Source of the DNA: Bdellovibrionia bacterium
GTDB lineage: Bacteria; Bdellovibrionota; UBA1018
DNA length: 10,276 bases
NCBI GenBank assembly: GCA_045805065.1
Contig: JBJMMA010000011.1
Span: 1-10,276 of the forward strand
Direction of reading: 5' to 3'
Below are positions 1-7,227 of this stretch, in pieces (the stretch's first letter is position 1; each line of letters opens with the position of its first letter). Both the position numbers and the translations under genes were made by a program. Below the pieces are notes generated by a model, which was not told where the DNA came from, ran no database searches, and was given only the letters and a program-made list of their open reading frames with translations.

Positions 1-474
1 ACGCAGTCGCACAACCACGTCACGAAGCGTATCCAGAAGACCTCTCAAGCGCTCCAGCTCATCCATCGTGAGCTCATCGGTTGAGCCGCCCAGAAGCGTT
101 TTCTTGAGCTCCATGAATTCGGACAAAAGTGCATCAGAGATCGTGAAATCACGCAAAAAGTAGCGCTCAAGAAACTTTCTCAGCTCGGCCGGCGAGTAAA
201 CCCCCGGACGCGCACCGCGGGTTCGTTCCTGAAAGAGCTTCAGGGAATTGGAGGCGCAATTGAAGACGCCTGAAATCTGATTATCCGAAGCATGGCCGTG
301 GAAATAATCTGAAAGCGTATGCGCGGCGCCGGACAGGCAAGCCGTCTCAGCGGATCCCAGCTGAACCGTGACGTCCTGATTGGGGCGCTCCCCGATCTTC
401 AGACCGCAGCCTGAAAAAGCTGAAGCTCCGGCAAGCACAGTAAGAAGGACAGTGCCCGTACGTTTAAAAAACAT
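1..474 (-). CDS. Putative lipoprotein of unknown function, 3'-truncated at the window edge
   Basis: Not in the ORF track; translated manually. ATG at 474 overlaps the 3' end of the upstream gene. The frame is open to position 1: MFFKRTGTVLLTVLAGASAFSGCGLKIGERPNQDVTVQLGSAETACLSGAAHTLSDYFHGHASDNQISGVFNCASNSLKLFQERTRGARPGVYSPAELRKFLERYFLRDFTISDALLSEFMELKKTLLGGSTDELTMDELERLRGLLDTLRDVVVRLR. It has a basic N-terminus, a hydrophobic stretch and the lipobox FSG-C. Confidence 0.85.
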   Translation of the reverse strand, partial: MFFKRTGTVLLTVLAGASAFSGCGLKIGERPNQDVTVQLGSAETACLSGAAHTLSDYFHGHASDNQISGVFNCASNSLKLFQERTRGARPGVYSPAELRKFLERYFLRDFTISDALLSEFMELKKTLLGGSTDELTMDELERLRGLLDTLRDVVVRLR

Positions 475-1960
475 ATCTCACCCCGGCGCGCACGCGGTCA
501 TTGGCCTGATAGCGACCGATGAAATCGTTGGGCGTTTCGTTGCTGCCTGCTCCGCCTTTCGGGTCCTGGCTTCCGAGCACGTCGGCACCCAGCCCGATCT
601 CCCAGCGCGTGGAAGGAAGATATTTGAAATCCATGGAGAGAATCGATCCGTGATTTTTCGTATCGTAAAGAAGACTCGATGCCACGACAACGGTTCCCGA
701 ATTATGAATGCCAATGGTAGAGAGCAGGCCAGGCATCTCAAGCTCGCCGCCGGCCTTCAAGGCGCTCTGATAGGGATAGCGGGATTCGAAAACCGATTGC
801 CCGCCCAGAAGCGCGTTTCCATCGCCCGAAACGTCAGGGCCGTTTCCACCATCCTGATAAAGATAGCTCAACGCAGCTTTCATCTGATTCTCTTTTTGGT
901 CCGTGATGTGGAACTGCAAAGTCGGGCTGATCGAGATGGCGCGAGTCACCGTCTGCTCGGTCCAGGTTCTCGTGAGCTCCGGGCCGTAATCATGTCCCGG
1001 GCGATCAATGAGTGAAGAAATCCATCCTGAAACGATCTCATGATTGAAGCCTGCTTCAGCGGAAATCAGGTGGTGGTACACCACGCGAGGCGCAACCGGC
1101 ACGTCAGCAACGTCCACGGTGGAGCGATTGCCATCCACAACCAGCTGACCTTGATACGAGAGAAGAAGCTGGTTCATGGGCTTGTAAGCATAACCGCCGG
1201 CGATCCACGGGCCCATCTTGTCGCCAATGCGAACCATCGCGGATCCAGCCGGATGAAGCAAAAGCTTGCTCATGGACGGGATCTGCAGATCGTATTTCAG
1301 CGGAGTGTCGCGGTCCATGACCTGGATTTTTCTTGGAGGCGAAATGAACCACGGCGAATCCGAGATCAACTGCCCATTATCGTTACTGATGGGAACGCCC
1401 CGCTCAGGAATCGAAATCGGAGTGCCGAAAATCACAGCTTTGAAGAGCGGGCGCTCCACTTCAACCGTAATTCCTGTAAGCGCGACGGTATCCGGGCGAA
1501 GATAATCCCAGCGATAGCGCGGCTGCCAGATCCCCAGACGCCACTCTTCATCGAGATGGTTCCAATCCTCGAGCTTTCGTCCGAGCGAAATCTTTGCAAC
1601 CTCAATCTTGGAGGAGGTCGAAATATAGCCTTCCGGCATCTCAATATAGGCTTGAGTCGAGTCCTGCTTGGAGAGCGGCGCCATGGCGATGGCCTCAAGC
1701 CCTGCTCGCATCTCCACCCAGCTGCCTTCAAGATGCGCATAAGGCCGAGCAATCAAAGTCGAATACACGTCCTCGGTCTTGGTTCGAGGAGAATAAAGAT
1801 AGCCTGCAGCTTCAGCGGAGAGCGTTCCACCCCAATCAAACGCCTTGCGGGGAGCGAGCGAGATCTCGCCTAAGTCCTGATTGGAGAGTTCCGCTGTCCA
1901 GGCGGAGTGCGCTAATAGGAGAAAGCCCGCGCCCAGAGCGGCGCTGGAAAGCTTCTTCAA
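464..1960 (-). CDS. Exported protein, probable outer-membrane beta-barrel
   Basis: 498-aa ORF with a signal peptide (KKLSSAALGAGFLLLAHSAWTA), many amphipathic aromatic-rich strands and a BAM-type C-terminal beta-signal (RVRAGVRYVF). The start is TTG at 1960 or possibly CTG at 1987. Confidence 0.75.
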   Translation of the reverse strand: MKKLSSAALGAGFLLLAHSAWTAELSNQDLGEISLAPRKAFDWGGTLSAEAAGYLYSPRTKTEDVYSTLIARPYAHLEGSWVEMRAGLEAIAMAPLSKQDSTQAYIEMPEGYISTSSKIEVAKISLGRKLEDWNHLDEEWRLGIWQPRYRWDYLRPDTVALTGITVEVERPLFKAVIFGTPISIPERGVPISNDNGQLISDSPWFISPPRKIQVMDRDTPLKYDLQIPSMSKLLLHPAGSAMVRIGDKMGPWIAGGYAYKPMNQLLLSYQGQLVVDGNRSTVDVADVPVAPRVVYHHLISAEAGFNHEIVSGWISSLIDRPGHDYGPELTRTWTEQTVTRAISISPTLQFHITDQKENQMKAALSYLYQDGGNGPDVSGDGNALLGGQSVFESRYPYQSALKAGGELEMPGLLSTIGIHNSGTVVVASSLLYDTKNHGSILSMDFKYLPSTRWEIGLGADVLGSQDPKGGAGSNETPNDFIGRYQANDRVRAGVRYVF

Positions 1961-2112
1961 TTGCGTGATACCTGAGTTCTTCTTCAGAACACATTCTCCT
2001 ATAAAATTTCCGGTAAAGATTCCGGACTTAGCCGCTCGCTTGAGGTTTCACTCAAGTTAACCCGGACCAAAGCTTTTTGCTAGCTTGCGTCAGGGCGCTG
2101 TCAGCCGCCGGT

Positions 2113-2142
2113 AGACTAGCATGGTTCATCCTTTATAGTCAA
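2113..2142 (-). promoter_or_regulatory. Putative sigma70 promoter of the barrel/lipoprotein operon
   Basis: Minus strand TTGACT (2142-2137), 18-nt spacer, then extended -10 TG-C-TAGTCT (2121-2113). Confidence 0.55.
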
Positions 2143-2196
2143 CCTTTTTGGTCAGGTACTATACTTCAGAAGTTTAGTTATAAGATTTGGAGATAA

Positions 2197-2724
2197 TTAG
2201 GCTTTTGCCTTTAGAGAAAGCGTTAAAACGAACTCAGCAACGGGTTCGCTCCCGGACTTGCTTGGAACGGTCGCATAAACCCGGACCGGAAGGTTTTGGC
2301 GTTCCTTGGTTTCCATGGCCGCACTGATGGCCTCACGGATCTTTTGGCCTTCCTCACAGATAAAGCGCGTATCGCCTTCAGCGCGTTTGAGGAAGTCGGC
2401 TTTGAAATCCTTGAACAAAATCCCGATTTTTCCGCCGGCATGCTTTTCCGCAAGGAACTGAGCCATGAGACCCGCCCCCAGGTCCGCACCTGCAGCCATG
2501 ACTCCAAAGTACATGGAACGATAATGGTTTCTCGTCCTGCGATTGAGCGGGATCTCAATCACGCAATGCTCGTCATCAATCTCCATGACCTTCGGGCCCA
2601 CAAAGAAGATGACTGGAATCTTAAAAAGCCCAAACAGCCTGAGACGCGCGGTCTCGCGAAAGGTGGCCGGAACTTTATCTTTTAAAAACTCTGGCAAGAA
2701 TCCTAAAGCGGAGGACTTAAGCAT
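2197..2724 (-). CDS. Hotdog-fold thioesterase-like protein (YiiD C-terminal/DUF4442/PaaI-like)
   Basis: 175 aa with motifs IPLNRRTRNHYRSMYFGVMAAGADLAG-like and ADFLKRAEGD, typical of PaaI/YiiD-type hotdog proteins. Confidence 0.85.
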   Translation of the reverse strand: MLKSSALGFLPEFLKDKVPATFRETARLRLFGLFKIPVIFFVGPKVMEIDDEHCVIEIPLNRRTRNHYRSMYFGVMAAGADLGAGLMAQFLAEKHAGGKIGILFKDFKADFLKRAEGDTRFICEEGQKIREAISAAMETKERQNLPVRVYATVPSKSGSEPVAEFVLTLSLKAKA

Positions 2725-2762
2725 GGGGCTAGCTTAATAACAAATGGACTAAATAGAAATAG

Positions 2763-2806
2763 CAAAGGCTCGGAGCTTCACATCAATGTGAAATCCCGAG
2801 CCTTTG
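2763..2806 (-). terminator. Intrinsic terminator-like hairpin downstream of the small basic protein gene
   Basis: 11-bp inverted repeat CAAAGGCTCGG (2763-2773) / CCGAGCCTTTG (2796-2806) with an inner TTCACA/TGTGAA stem. It is followed on the minus strand by T-rich CTATTTCTATTT. Confidence 0.7.
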
Positions 2807-2867
2807 AACTCGTTACATTCTCGGCCCGGCATACGCCCGGCCTGGTCATGTAGCTAAAAGCTAAATC

Positions 2868-3089
2868 TTACTTCTTACGAGCTTTTTTCTTACGGAATGC
2901 GACTTTCTTTTCGGTTTGGCGCTTGGAGCGTGCCTCGAAATAAGTTTTCGCAAATTCCTTATCAGAGCTCAGTTTTGCAACGAGCTTCTTCTTGCCTGCG
3001 CGGCGAGCAGTTTTACGTGCATTGCGCTTGGTTGCCACAGCAGCTTTATCGGTCTTGGCAGCAGAGGTCGCTGCGGTTTGGGTAGCCAT
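2868..3089 (-). CDS. Small, highly basic Lys/Arg/Ala-rich protein of unknown function (73 aa)
   Basis: Strong SD AAGGAG (3103-3098) 8 nt before ATG. It has its own terminator and uses CGT/CGC/GCT/AAA codons typical of highly expressed genes. Composition is 18 K + 8 R against 5 D/E. Confidence 0.85.
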   Translation of the reverse strand: MATQTAATSAAKTDKAAVATKRNARKTARRAGKKKLVAKLSSDKEFAKTYFEARSKRQTEKKVAFRKKKARKK

Positions 3090-3134
3090 CTAAAAATCTC
3101 CTTTTTTGCTAGAATCTTACTAAACTAGAACAGA

Positions 3135-3809
3135 ATGCCTGTCACGCACTTTCCTGACCCGCGTCGTGCTCCAAAGGATGGTCTTTTGGCCGTAGGGGGT
3201 GATTTGCATCCTAAAAGTCTCCTCCTTGCCTATTCCCAAGGCATTTTTCCATGGCCAGTCCATGATCCTGACGAACCCGAGCCGATCCTTGCCTGGTTTT
3301 GCCCCAACCCACGGGCCATTCTGAGATTTTCAGACATTCACATCCCGGAAAGCTTGGCCAGAGCCCAACGAAAAGCCCAAAGCGCATGGCGCTTCAGCGT
3401 TGATGAGGCGTTTGAGAAAGTGATCCTCGCCTGCTCGCAAGTTCCCCGTCCCGGCCAGGATGGAACTTGGATCACGCCTGAGATGATCGATGCCTACATC
3501 GAGTTTCATCGCCTGGGTTACGCCCATAGCGTGGAAGTTTGGGAAGGCGCCGAGCTCGTGGGTGGAATTTATGGAGTGGATGCCGGAGGCGCGTTTGCGG
3601 GCGAGAGCATGTTTTATCGTAAGCCCAACGCCTCAAAGCTCGCGCTCCTCTACCTGATTGAGCACCTAAAAAAAGGCGGAGCCAGCTGGATCGATATCCA
3701 AATGCTGACTCCGCACATGAAGGCATTAGGCGCCGTTGAGATTAAGCGCGATGATTTCCTGAATGAACTGTCACGGACTCGCGCTCTCGGCCTTCGCCTT
3801 TTTCATTAA
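3135..3809 (+). CDS. aat: Leucyl/phenylalanyl-tRNA--protein transferase
   Basis: Hallmark motifs GLLAVGGDL, LLLAYSQGIFPW, WFCPNPRA, GTWITPEM, AHSVEVW, LVGGIYGV, FAGESMF, NASKLAL and IDIQMLTPHM..LGA. Confidence 0.97.
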   Translation: MPVTHFPDPRRAPKDGLLAVGGDLHPKSLLLAYSQGIFPWPVHDPDEPEPILAWFCPNPRAILRFSDIHIPESLARAQRKAQSAWRFSVDEAFEKVILACSQVPRPGQDGTWITPEMIDAYIEFHRLGYAHSVEVWEGAELVGGIYGVDAGGAFAGESMFYRKPNASKLALLYLIEHLKKGGASWIDIQMLTPHMKALGAVEIKRDDFLNELSRTRALGLRLFH

Positions 3810-6396
3810 CTGATGGAGCCTTCGATTTGATTTCAAAGGCGACGTCGTCATTCTTGATCACGATCGTCACATCACCACCGTTTTCAAGCTTGCCGAAGAG
3901 GATTTCCTCAGCCAGTGGCTTCTTGATCTTATCCTGAATGAGACGAGCCAATGGGCGCGCCCCCATCTGCTTGTCATAGCCCTTGCGTGCAAGCCATTCG
4001 CGAGCATCTGCCTCCAGGTGTACATCGACACCCTTGGCAAGAAGCTGTGACTCAAGCTCGACGATCTGCTTGCCGACCACCTGGCCCACCGTCATGATAT
4101 CGAGTGGGTTGAAGTAGACGATCGCATCCAGACGGTTTCTGAACTCTGGCGAGAAGGTTTGCTCCACGGCCTTCTGAGCGGCGGCACCCTTCGCTTCCTT
4201 GGCATCCGGTGGAACCAGGCCCAGGCTTCGCTTCTCAAGCTCTCGAGATCCGACGTTTGACGTCAGGATGATGATCGAGTTCCTGAAATCCGCCTTGCGA
4301 CCGTTGTTATCGGTCAAGGTTCCATGGTCCATCACCTGAAGCAGGATATTCCAGATATCGCCATGAGCCTTCTCAATTTCGTCGAGAAGGATGATCGAGT
4401 GCGGATTCTTGATCACGGCATCCGTGAGAAGACCTGCTTGCTCAAATCCCACATAGCCCGGAGGCGCTCCGATGAGTCGCGAGACGGTGTGCTTTTCACT
4501 GTACTCGGACATATCAAAGCGAAGGAATGGAACTCCCATGCAGTGTGCGAGTTGCTTGCTGAGCTCCGTCTTACCGACACCGGTTGGACCGCAGAACAAG
4601 AAGCATCCCACAGGGCGCTCACCTGTTCTCAGTCCCGACCTTGCCAGACGGATGGAGGTCACCAATGCATCGACCGCATGATCTTGTCCAAAGATCGTGA
4701 GTTTCAAATCACGCTCAAGATTTTTGAGACGCGTCTTCTGGCTCACGCTCACGGAGCGTGCCGGAATGCGCGCGATCTGAGCAATGACTTCCTCAATCGC
4801 CTCACTATCCAGAGTTGGCTTTTGAGCCGCAGGCTCAAGCGCTGCTCCCTTTTTGGCCGAAGCAATGCTTGCAACGCTTGCGGAAGCATTTCCAGCCGCG
4901 ACCTTGAGCCTTGCCTTGGCACCCGCCTCATCGATCACGTCAATTGCCTTGTCTGGCAAGAAACGATCGGTGAGATGCTTGGATGAGAGCTCAACGGCAG
5001 AGCGAATCGACTCAGGCGTATATTTCACGCCGTGATGCTCTTCGAACTTGAGCTTGAGTCCGTTGAGAATCTGAATCGCTTCTTCCTGCGTAGGCTCTGG
5101 CACATCGATCTTCTGGAACCTGCGTGCAAGCGCATGATCCTTTTCAAAGACGCTGCGATATTCGGCATAGGTGGTTGAACCGATGCAACGAAGCTCGCCT
5201 TGCGAGAGCACAGGCTTCAAGAGGTTTGCCGCATCGAGCGCACCTCCACTCACCGAGCCCGCACCCACAATGGTGTGGATCTCATCAATGAGCAGGATCG
5301 GAAGGAAGCCTTTGTCGCGCTTTCTTTCGATCGAGTGAATGACCTTTTTCAAGCGTTGCTCGAAATCGCCGCGGAACTTGGCGCCCGCAAGGAGCGATCC
5401 CAGGTCCAGGGCGTAGACAATCGCGTTCTCCAGAAGATCCGGCACATTGCCTTCAACGATCCGCAGAGCCAGTCCTTCAGCCAGTGCCGTTTTACCGACA
5501 CCTGCTTCGCCGACCAGAAGCGGATTGTTTTTCCGTCTGCGGCAAAGCGTCTGGATCATTCGCTCAAGCTCGTTCTGACGACCCACGAGTGGGTCAATCT
5601 TTCCGATTCTTGCGCGCTCATTGAGATTGACGGTGTACTGAGAAAGCGCGTCGTCTCCGACGGTTTTTCCTCCGTGACGAGTGTCACGACCCATTCCACG
5701 ATCTTCGCGCTCTTTATCCATATCGCTCCCGAATGGCCCCATATGTGATCCCGAATGATCCCCTGAGTGATCTGAAGAATCATCGCTCTCGTCATCTGAG
5801 CCACTTCCTGAGCCCATTCCGCTGGACGCGTCGGTGAAGTCGCCCAGCGTAGGCTCGTCGCGATCGCGTCGATCCGAGCGAATGCCATGGCTAACGAAAT
5901 TGAGGACATCAAGTCTTTCAATTCCCTGCTTTGTCAGGCTGTAAAGAGCGTGTGAGTCTTTTGCCTGAAACATTGCGACAAAAAGGTCTGTTGGCTGGAT
6001 TTCGTCCTTGCCTGCTGATTGAACCTGAAACAACGCACGCTGGATGAGCCGCTGAATGCTGAGCGTTGCAACCGGATGTTCGAGCCGTCCCTCGTCTTCT
6101 GAACCATTACTGGACGGATCGCTATTCGAGGAGTCAGGCGAATTAGGATCACCTGAGCCATCTGTTGAGAGACGATCGGATGCAGGCGCTGCCTTTGGAA
6201 TTTCCGTCCGCAGGTAAAGCTCCAGCTCGTTTCTGAGTTTTTCCGCATCGCCCCCACAGGCTTGCACCGTTTCAATAATGCTCTTTTCCGAGAGCAGGCT
6301 CCAGAGAACGTGTTCCAGGGTAAAATATTCGTGTTCGTATTCGACTGCGAAGCGAACTGCCCGATTGAGCACCGCCTCTGCTTTGCGACCGATCAT
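3742..6396 (-). CDS. clpA: ATP-dependent Clp protease ATP-binding subunit ClpA
   Basis: Clp N-domain (HEYFTLEHVL), two AAA+ modules (GEAGVGKT, IDEIH; GPTGVGKT, LDEIEK), RFDMSEY, PPGYVG and the ClpP-docking loop SLGL. There is no ClpB/ClpC middle coiled coil. It lies downstream of clpS and has SD GGGGAGG. Confidence 0.96.
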   Translation of the reverse strand: MIGRKAEAVLNRAVRFAVEYEHEYFTLEHVLWSLLSEKSIIETVQACGGDAEKLRNELELYLRTEIPKAAPASDRLSTDGSGDPNSPDSSNSDPSSNGSEDEGRLEHPVATLSIQRLIQRALFQVQSAGKDEIQPTDLFVAMFQAKDSHALYSLTKQGIERLDVLNFVSHGIRSDRRDRDEPTLGDFTDASSGMGSGSGSDDESDDSSDHSGDHSGSHMGPFGSDMDKEREDRGMGRDTRHGGKTVGDDALSQYTVNLNERARIGKIDPLVGRQNELERMIQTLCRRRKNNPLLVGEAGVGKTALAEGLALRIVEGNVPDLLENAIVYALDLGSLLAGAKFRGDFEQRLKKVIHSIERKRDKGFLPILLIDEIHTIVGAGSVSGGALDAANLLKPVLSQGELRCIGSTTYAEYRSVFEKDHALARRFQKIDVPEPTQEEAIQILNGLKLKFEEHHGVKYTPESIRSAVELSSKHLTDRFLPDKAIDVIDEAGAKARLKVAAGNASASVASIASAKKGAALEPAAQKPTLDSEAIEEVIAQIARIPARSVSVSQKTRLKNLERDLKLTIFGQDHAVDALVTSIRLARSGLRTGERPVGCFLFCGPTGVGKTELSKQLAHCMGVPFLRFDMSEYSEKHTVSRLIGAPPGYVGFEQAGLLTDAVIKNPHSIILLDEIEKAHGDIWNILLQVMDHGTLTDNNGRKADFRNSIIILTSNVGSRELEKRSLGLVPPDAKEAKGAAAQKAVEQTFSPEFRNRLDAIVYFNPLDIMTVGQVVGKQIVELESQLLAKGVDVHLEADAREWLARKGYDKQMGARPLARLIQDKIKKPLAEEILFGKLENGGDVTIVIKNDDVAFEIKSKAPSVNEKGEGRERESVTVHSGNHRA

Positions 6397-6436
6397 GTTG
6401 GCCTCCCCAAGTCAGTTTGTGATCCAAAGCCTAAGA

Positions 6437-6474
6437 GCCTCTTTATACGCGTTGCGGGCGTAGCCCGCCTCGAC
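6437..6474 (-). repeat. Hairpin motif copy A (GTCGAG-GCGGGC-TAC-GCCCGC-AACGCGTATAAAGAGGC)
   Basis: 31 of 38 aligned columns are identical to copy B at 7150-7185 (+). It lies in the clpS-clpA intergenic region. Confidence 0.75.
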
Positions 6475-6498
6475 AGGTACTCTCGGTTGATGAAAAGG

Positions 6499-6514
6499 TG
6501 CACCAGAAGTGCCA
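6499..6514 (-). promoter_or_regulatory. Putative sigma54 (-24/-12) promoter upstream of clpA
   Basis: Minus strand TGGCAC-TTCTG-GTGCA. It has the correct GG-N10-GC spacing and one mismatch to the consensus TGGCAC-N5-TTGCW. Confidence 0.5.
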
Positions 6515-6553
6515 CTTTAGATACTACTTAGTCGATTCTAAGTACCACTCAAA

Positions 6554-6913
6554 TCACTTGAGAGGCTCGATCACACAATGGAGCGGATAGCCGCGGGACT
6601 TTGCAAGCTGTAGAACCTGAAACACCTTGGTTTCTGCAATATCATGGCTGTATACGCCTGCTACGCCCCGGCCTTCCTGATGAACGCGAAGCATTATTTG
6701 CATCGCCTCTTCTCCAGTTTTTTTGAAGAAGCGTTGCAGAACTTCGACTACGAACTCCATCGTGGTGTAGTCGTCATTCAATAACACGACCGCGAACTTC
6801 GGAGGTTGCTGCAACTCGTCTCGAACATCATCTTCGAGTGCGACGTCGATGCCCCCAGATCCCTCTTCAGAATTCGGCGAATTTGCCGACTCAGACGAAT
6901 GGGACGATGCCAT
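6554..6913 (-). CDS. clpS: ATP-dependent Clp protease adaptor ClpS
   Basis: [23 protein letters not shown]...[21 protein letters not shown]...GYPL. The likely start is ATG at 6913 (119 aa), not 7072, because a promoter-like element lies at 6960-6933. Confidence 0.96.
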   Translation of the reverse strand: MASSHSSESANSPNSEEGSGGIDVALEDDVRDELQQPPKFAVVLLNDDYTTMEFVVEVLQRFFKKTGEEAMQIMLRVHQEGRGVAGVYSHDIAETKVFQVLQLAKSRGYPLHCVIEPLK

Positions 6914-6932
6914 ATTCCAGATACTTCCTCTA

Positions 6933-6960
6933 ATACTACGCCTAATACGCCCCGTATCAA
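6933..6960 (-). promoter_or_regulatory. Putative sigma70 promoter of clpS(-clpA)
   Basis: Minus strand TTGATA (6960-6955), 16-nt spacer, TAGTAT (6938-6933), ending 19 nt before the clpS ATG. Confidence 0.5.
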
Positions 6961-7149
6961 AACCTGTATCTCGACCGAGTCCATTTGGACGATGCGGCAG
7001 GTTCGAGGAATGACTGGACTGGACCGAGCCACCTTGTTGGGATCTATTCCGCCTATAAGGCCTGTGTATCATAATTTCATATTAGATGAATAGTTCATGA
7101 AGACCACGATTTTTGTAAGAGCTGTGTAATCGCTTGCTGACTCAGATTA

Positions 7150-7185
7150 GTCGAGGCGGCCTCGCCGCTACGCTTATAAAGATGC
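7150..7185 (+). repeat. Hairpin motif copy B (GTCGAG-GCGGC-CTC-GCCGC-TACGCTTATAAAGATGC)
   Basis: Homologous to copy A. One base pair is missing from both stem arms, so pairing is preserved. It lies upstream of the fic gene. Confidence 0.75.
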
Positions 7186-7227
7186 GAGCGGCTTGCGGCC
7201 AATTCAATCCTATGGGACAACTATTCT

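Noticed and set aside
380..1968. Plus-strand ORFs 380-1015, 1040-1873, 1266-1505 and 1594-1968, and alternate-frame minus ORFs
   Set aside because: Shadow ORFs of the barrel/lipoprotein genes, with no recognisable motifs or ribosome-binding sites.
2030..2039. 10-mer GCGAGCGGCT shared between the barrel leader (minus) and 7184-7193 (plus)
   Set aside because: A single 10-bp match among the intergenic sequences is expected by chance, and there is no flanking similarity.
2823..2842. GC-rich hairpin GGCCCGGC-ATAC-GCCCGGCC as a third copy of the clpA/fic motif
   Set aside because: It lacks the GTCGAG and ACGC-TATAAAGA flanks. It is more likely a 3' UTR stem of the basic-protein mRNA.
4324..6531. 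ORFs antisense to or out of frame within clpA (4324-4986, 5200-5748, 6262-6531 and others)
   Set aside because: Typical antisense shadows of a conserved gene with biased codon usage.
6914..7072. 53-aa N-terminal extension of ClpS in the ORF track
   Set aside because: Not ClpS-like and it spans a promoter-like element. ATG 6913 gives a normal-sized ClpS.
7123..7138. Sigma54-like TGTGTAATCGCTTGCT upstream of motif copy B
   Set aside because: The invariant -24 GG is GT here, so it is not supportable.
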